IMG/VR virus record: IMGVR_UViG_3300032253_000231
Span: 1-30,239 of that record
Length of the DNA stretch: 30,239 nucleotides
Reading direction: 5' to 3' (one strand)
DNA from: a virus
Lineage: Duplodnaviria; Caudoviricetes
In this document: positions 26,801 through 30,239 of the stretch, piece after piece
How positions within the stretch are numbered: position 1 is the stretch's first letter
Layout: each line of letters starts with the position of its first letter
Program-made: the position numbers and the translations under genes
Notes under the pieces: model-generated
The model's input: the letters and a program-made list of their open reading frames with translations, nothing else
The model's database searches: none
Told to the model about the DNA's origin: nothing

Positions 26801-27031
26801 TTACGCAGAATCTTCCGGCACAGTGTCATAGCGATAGAAAAATACTTCCCGTTCCCCTTGGCGATTGACCAGATTTTTGCCGTCACAAAAGGGACACCAT
26901 AAATCGTTGGTGGTTCGGCCGCTGTCATAAAGTCCAATCCATTCTGAATGACAGTCGAGACAAGATAAAAGCGTCATTAAACTCGACATATCGTCAGTCT
27001 GGGGCTGTGGAAAAGGAATTATTTCAGACAT
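26801..27031 (-). CDS. Small putative Zn-ribbon protein
   Basis: C.DC…W and CPFC pairs; N-terminal IIPFP; fills the gap. Confidence 0.65.
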   Translation of the reverse strand: MSEIIPFPQPQTDDMSSLMTLLSCLDCHSEWIGLYDSGRTTNDLWCPFCDGKNLVNRQGEREVFFYRYDTVPEDSA

Positions 27032-27041
27032 TTTAAATTTA

Positions 27042-27275
27042 TCAATTACCCAAAGTGTAGTTAATCATTTCAAGGGCCATACATTCAGACAGGTCGATGG
27101 CATTGGCTTCAAGAGCTGTCCGTGCTGTACTTAAAGATAATAAATCGTTTGGTTTATAGGGACCGAACTGATCATCCAAGCCTTTTTCAATCATTACAGA
27201 TTTCGCAAAATCTAATGCTTCTATATCTGATGGTTTTGGTTTCGATCTAATAAAATCAATCATCTCGTTGTGCAT
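27042..27275 (-). CDS. Hypothetical protein (AT-rich)
   Basis: ATG at 27275 with AAAGGA RBS, overlapping the end of gemA. Confidence 0.6.
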   Translation of the reverse strand: MHNEMIDFIRSKPKPSDIEALDFAKSVMIEKGLDDQFGPYKPNDLLSLSTARTALEANAIDLSECMALEMINYTLGN

Positions 27276-27993
27276 TTTTTTTCCTTTCAATAGTGGCTTT
27301 TCTGATTTTCTGACCCAAGGCCTCGATAACCAGGTCAGCGTCGTGATCATCCAAGTGCAAATAAGGAATAATGCCAGGGCTTTTCACGAACCGGCCGACC
27401 CAGCTGGATAGCGCGCCGTGATCGCGGATTTTTACGACACCGAGGTCATGGAGTTTTTCCCATTGCGCTTCCATCACCCGGCAACGCGGCTTGTAAAATG
27501 GGCCGTTCGTCGAGGCGTAAGCGCGCCAATTAACGCCGCCGTCGCGAGTTGCCCAGGATTTCAGAGCCTCGATAACCTTGAATGCTTTTTCCGGGATCAG
27601 GAACCTAAGGTCATCGACCCCGGCCTGCCGTTTGACAAAAGCGGCCAAGGCTTTTTCCGACGAGTCTGTGATAATGCCAAGATGATAAAGTGTAATCCAA
27701 AGCGCACGGATTTTCCGCTGCGTCTTACCGCTCGCCATCGGTCGCGATCCGGCCCGTGCCGGGGCTTTGCGTTTGGGCTTGAATCCTAGCGTTTTAAAAT
27801 GCTCAACCAGATCGACCAGCTGACGGTTGCCAAGCTGTTTGCGAGATCGTTTGCCATATCTGACTTCCAGCAAATCCCGGTATGTATCGTCATCCATGCC
27901 GATTGATTTTTTGGCGATCTCAATCTTGCCGTACAAAGACCGGCGATAAGGATCCGTCGGTTTTTTATGAACCTGTTTTTTAACCGTTGCCAT
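27256..27993 (-). CDS. gemA: GemA-like regulatory protein (DUF1018)
   Basis: KI.IAK…DD.YR..L, GFK, KIRALW..L, AL.AFVKR and VIEALK.W motifs; ATG at 27993. Confidence 0.9.
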   Translation of the reverse strand: MATVKKQVHKKPTDPYRRSLYGKIEIAKKSIGMDDDTYRDLLEVRYGKRSRKQLGNRQLVDLVEHFKTLGFKPKRKAPARAGSRPMASGKTQRKIRALWITLYHLGIITDSSEKALAAFVKRQAGVDDLRFLIPEKAFKVIEALKSWATRDGGVNWRAYASTNGPFYKPRCRVMEAQWEKLHDLGVVKIRDHGALSSWVGRFVKSPGIIPYLHLDDHDADLVIEALGQKIRKATIERKKNAQRDD

Positions 27994-28417
27994 TGCACCA
28001 TCCTTTTCTTTTTCCGCCTTTGTAAACTCTGGCAAAACCACCATCGATCATGGCTTGTGCCACATCAATGCCGTCAGCCGTTTCCACACGGGCAATGACG
28101 CGACCAGCAAATTTTCCCGGCCAAACGTTTAAAAGACGGGCCTGATCGCCCAACATTTTTGTGAGTGCTTTTTTGGCGTCTTGTGCACGCCGTTTTTCCG
28201 ATGCGCATTTACCTTTGATTTCCGGTGTATCAAACCCGTCCATGCGAATAGACCGACGTAGCAAGATGCCCGGCCAGATTTCAAACAAGGCGACAAAGGT
28301 GTCGCCATCGATGACGCGAACAACTTCGGCCACGATTGGGCCCGGAACCGTTTTATTGATTTTTGCCATGACTGGTGTGGTCATCAATAAAATGGCGATA
28401 AGCAAAAATTTAATCAT
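27980..28417 (-). CDS. Secreted thermonuclease (SNase-like)
   Basis: Signal peptide; VVRVIDGDT, IR..G.DTPE, GK..GR, G.AR.Y.GG.R..WC motifs. Confidence 0.9.
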   Translation of the reverse strand: MIKFLLIAILLMTTPVMAKINKTVPGPIVAEVVRVIDGDTFVALFEIWPGILLRRSIRMDGFDTPEIKGKCASEKRRAQDAKKALTKMLGDQARLLNVWPGKFAGRVIARVETADGIDVAQAMIDGGFARVYKGGKRKGWCNGNG

Positions 28418-28695
28418 CAGTTTAATTCCTTTGTTGCGCCTTCAAGGGCATGGCGGTTTACGGCGGTGGTCAGATCGTGCCAGTTGCCGCCACTGGCGAT
28501 ATAGGCCTCGATTAAAGCATCCGGATTGATTGGCTCGGTGGCATCAGTGATCGCGCCTTCGATAACACCCCGGCCGATTTCGGCCATGGCTTGACCGACC
28601 TTGCGGCGATCCTCGCACGGCAACAAACGAGCGCGGCGGCGGTAATTACAATCAACCACCAGAAACGCATCAAGACACTTGTTCGAATTTGACAT
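28417..28695 (-). CDS. Hypothetical protein
   Basis: Coupled to both neighbours; GGAGG upstream. Confidence 0.65.
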   Translation of the reverse strand: MSNSNKCLDAFLVVDCNYRRRARLLPCEDRRKVGQAMAEIGRGVIEGAITDATEPINPDALIEAYIASGGNWHDLTTAVNRHALEGATKELN

Positions 28696-29062
28696 CGTTT
28701 TCCTCCTGAAGTCGTTGAATAAAATCGAGCATCATGCCGATGGGCGATGCCGGTATGCCGGGCGGCACAAGTTCGTCACTTTTACGGGGTTGCAGATCGG
28801 CAGCCTGATAAACTCGTGCCATGCTCATCGCCAGTGCCGGTGCCGGAACACCGTGCTGCAAGGCGACAGAAATCGCCACCGCAGCATCGCCGAGGATGGC
28901 TTCCATCAGCGACCCTTCTTTGGCACCGGAAATAAATACCTCGCGCACAGTCAAGGTTGTAGGGTCAAGGCCAGCTGTGACCGTATAGTCGGTTCCGGAG
29001 AACGACATTGTTTCTGAAATCGCGTGGCGACGGTTTGGCAAGCGGCGACGGGCGGTTTCCAT
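28670..29062 (-). CDS. Stand-alone TSCPD / NrdJ C-terminal-like protein
   Basis: RRRLPNRR…T.G…EVFI…K.GS…A..IS.ALQHGVP resembles the C-terminal domain of class II ribonucleotide reductases; ATG at 29062 with GGAGG. Confidence 0.75.
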   Translation of the reverse strand: METARRRLPNRRHAISETMSFSGTDYTVTAGLDPTTLTVREVFISGAKEGSLMEAILGDAAVAISVALQHGVPAPALAMSMARVYQAADLQPRKSDELVPPGIPASPIGMMLDFIQRLQEENDVKFEQVS

Positions 29063-29063
29063 A

Positions 29064-29156
29064 TCAGCCTCCGACAAACGATTTAAAAACAACAAATGCG
29101 ATGACGGCGATGCTGGTGATAATTCCGATGATGAAGCCAAAAATCAAATCGTTCAT
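29064..29156 (-). CDS. Small single-TM peptide (30 aa)
   Basis: MNDLIFGFIIGIITSIAVIAFVVFKSFVGG; ATGA overlap with the upstream gene; AAGGTG RBS. Confidence 0.6.
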   Translation of the reverse strand: MNDLIFGFIIGIITSIAVIAFVVFKSFVGG

Positions 29157-29371
29157 GACGCACCTTTTTTCCTGAGTTCGACAGGCTCCGGTCCGGAGCC
29201 GTATGGGTTGATGACCGGGTGTACGGTGATAAAGCCATCGGCTTCGATGTCTCTGGCTTCGGCACAATAGCTGCACAGGTCTTTTTCAACCCGGTAACAA
29301 GGCCCGCGTTTGCCGATACAGGCATTGTGATCATGGCAGCCGCAGACGCGGCAGGATGGCTGATTTTTCAT
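29153..29371 (-). CDS. Small Cys-rich Zn-binding protein
   Basis: CRVCGC….AC…..C..V..DLCS.C motif of the type seen in Mu-like early regions; ATGA overlaps. Confidence 0.7.
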   Translation of the reverse strand: MKNQPSCRVCGCHDHNACIGKRGPCYRVEKDLCSYCAEARDIEADGFITVHPVINPYGSGPEPVELRKKGAS

Positions 29372-29553
29372 GAGGAACTCTCCCAGTTAATAGCCTGAGC
29401 ATGATTTTCCCAGGGAACTTCTGTGAGAGTGATATTTTTAGTTGGGTCATATCCATGGGCGCGCAGGACCGATAGCGCACCTTTTTTATGGCGGGCAATC
29501 ACGAATACTTTGACCCATCTGAAAACTTTATTGGCGCGTTTTTTACTCATCAT
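29368..29553 (-). CDS. Hypothetical basic protein
   Basis: ATGA coupling to gam and to the next gene; GAGG RBS. Confidence 0.6.
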   Translation of the reverse strand: MMSKKRANKVFRWVKVFVIARHKKGALSVLRAHGYDPTKNITLTEVPWENHAQAINWESSS

Positions 29554-30080
29554 GCCACCTCGTCCAGTTCGGTTTCAAAAGGCGTGATGACAAAGTCTTC
29601 GCCTTCAGAGCCGATTTTGATGCCTTCGACGGATCCGGCAATTTCCGGTTCGGCCAGCAGGGCATCTTTGTTGACCTCTTCTTTGATGCGGATAAACCGT
29701 TTCAGTTTTAAAGATTTAAGGCGTTCGATCACGGCACCAACGCCGCGCACCGTGGCTTTCGGCGGGCGGCTGCGCCAGTTCACTTCTCCGGCGGGAAATT
29801 TATGGGTCTTGATCTTGCCACCCTTGGTCAGGTCATTGCGGTTGGCTTCACAAAAGGTTTGCACGCCTTTGGTCCGTTCCTCGATCTCGGCTTTGAACGG
29901 CCCGGCCTGTTCTTCAAATTCGGCTTTGATTTCGGCAAGCTGATCGTTCATGGCGGCCTGAAGGCGGTCCCGTTCACGCTGGGCCATGCCGATTTTCTGA
30001 ATAAAATCGTTGGCTTCGGTCATGGTTTGCGGCACAGGATATGCGGCTGCTTTTGATTTCAATCGGGATTTTTTAGCCAT
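29550..30080 (-). CDS. gam: Host-nuclease inhibitor Gam (DNA end protection)
   Basis: ATG at 30080 with GGAGG; 176 aa; coiled coil, CEANR..LT..GK.KT, G.V.WR..PP and IR.KEEVNK.A motifs. Confidence 0.94.
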   Translation of the reverse strand: MAKKSRLKSKAAAYPVPQTMTEANDFIQKIGMAQRERDRLQAAMNDQLAEIKAEFEEQAGPFKAEIEERTKGVQTFCEANRNDLTKGGKIKTHKFPAGEVNWRSRPPKATVRGVGAVIERLKSLKLKRFIRIKEEVNKDALLAEPEIAGSVEGIKIGSEGEDFVITPFETELDEVA

Positions 30081-30175
30081 CAGACGGACCTCCTTGTCGG
30101 GTTTGAAGAAAAGAAAATGGTTCGCCACCAGCGCCATTGCTGGCGTAATGGCCACAATAATCCGCGTCGTTTCAT
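30080..30175 (-). CDS. Small Trp/Arg-rich peptide (31 aa), missing from the ORF track
   Basis: GGAGG-N5-ATG at 30175; MKRRGLLWPLRQQWRWWRTIFFSSNPTRRSV*; TGA overlaps the gam ATG. Confidence 0.5.
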   Translation of the reverse strand: MKRRGLLWPLRQQWRWWRTIFFSSNPTRRSV

Positions 30176-30239
30176 GCCCGGCCTCCTGAATACAATGGGT
30201 TCGATGAACAACAGTTTGGGCAAATATTTTGATTTGCAT

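Larger units (their letters stand above)
1574..30239 (-). mobile_element. Mu-like transposable prophage (partial; continues beyond the right edge, left boundary not resolved)
   Basis: Co-oriented, tightly packed genes in near-Mu order: gam, gemA, mor/C, lysis, gp25-30, protease I, capsid, gp36-38, sheath L, tube M, gp41, tape measure, N, P, gp45-48, tail fibre, DNA methylase. Confidence 0.96.

Noticed and set aside
1-30239. tRNA, rRNA, CRISPR array, reverse transcriptase, invertase, transposase
   Set aside because: None was recognisable by eye; transposase and repressor are expected beyond the right edge.

Overview
The window holds most of a Mu-like (transposable, contractile-tailed) prophage or phage, encoded almost entirely on the minus strand. 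A proteobacterial, probably alphaproteobacterial, host is an inference from gene content. Reading right to left, it contains: the end of the early region (gam, small ORFs, a stand-alone TSCPD/NrdJ-C-like protein, a secreted SNase, gemA); a Mor/C late activator; an atypical lysis cassette (SleB-type endolysin, lipoprotein, class-3 lipase); TraR/DksA; gp25/26/27-like genes; terminase; portal; MuF with a C-terminal PBECR2-like nuclease domain; protease/scaffold; capsid; head-tail genes; sheath; tube; a chaperone with a Mu-type -2 frameshift; tape measure; an inverted lipoprotein moron; gpN; baseplate; tail fibre; and a DNA adenine methylase at the mom position. An AT-rich two-gene cassette (soluble protein plus multi-TM protein) lies at the left edge. 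Transposase A/B, the repressor and the phage ends are not visible. The main unexplained signals are four: (i) a promoter-driven H-type pseudoknot RNA converging on the MuF nuclease gene, which has no sense-strand immunity gene; (ii) a lipase in a lysis cassette with no recognisable holin or spanin pair; (iii) a multi-hairpin antisense RNA upstream of the methylase; (iv) a candidate two-gene defence cassette. All family assignments come from motif recognition and synteny, not from database searches.
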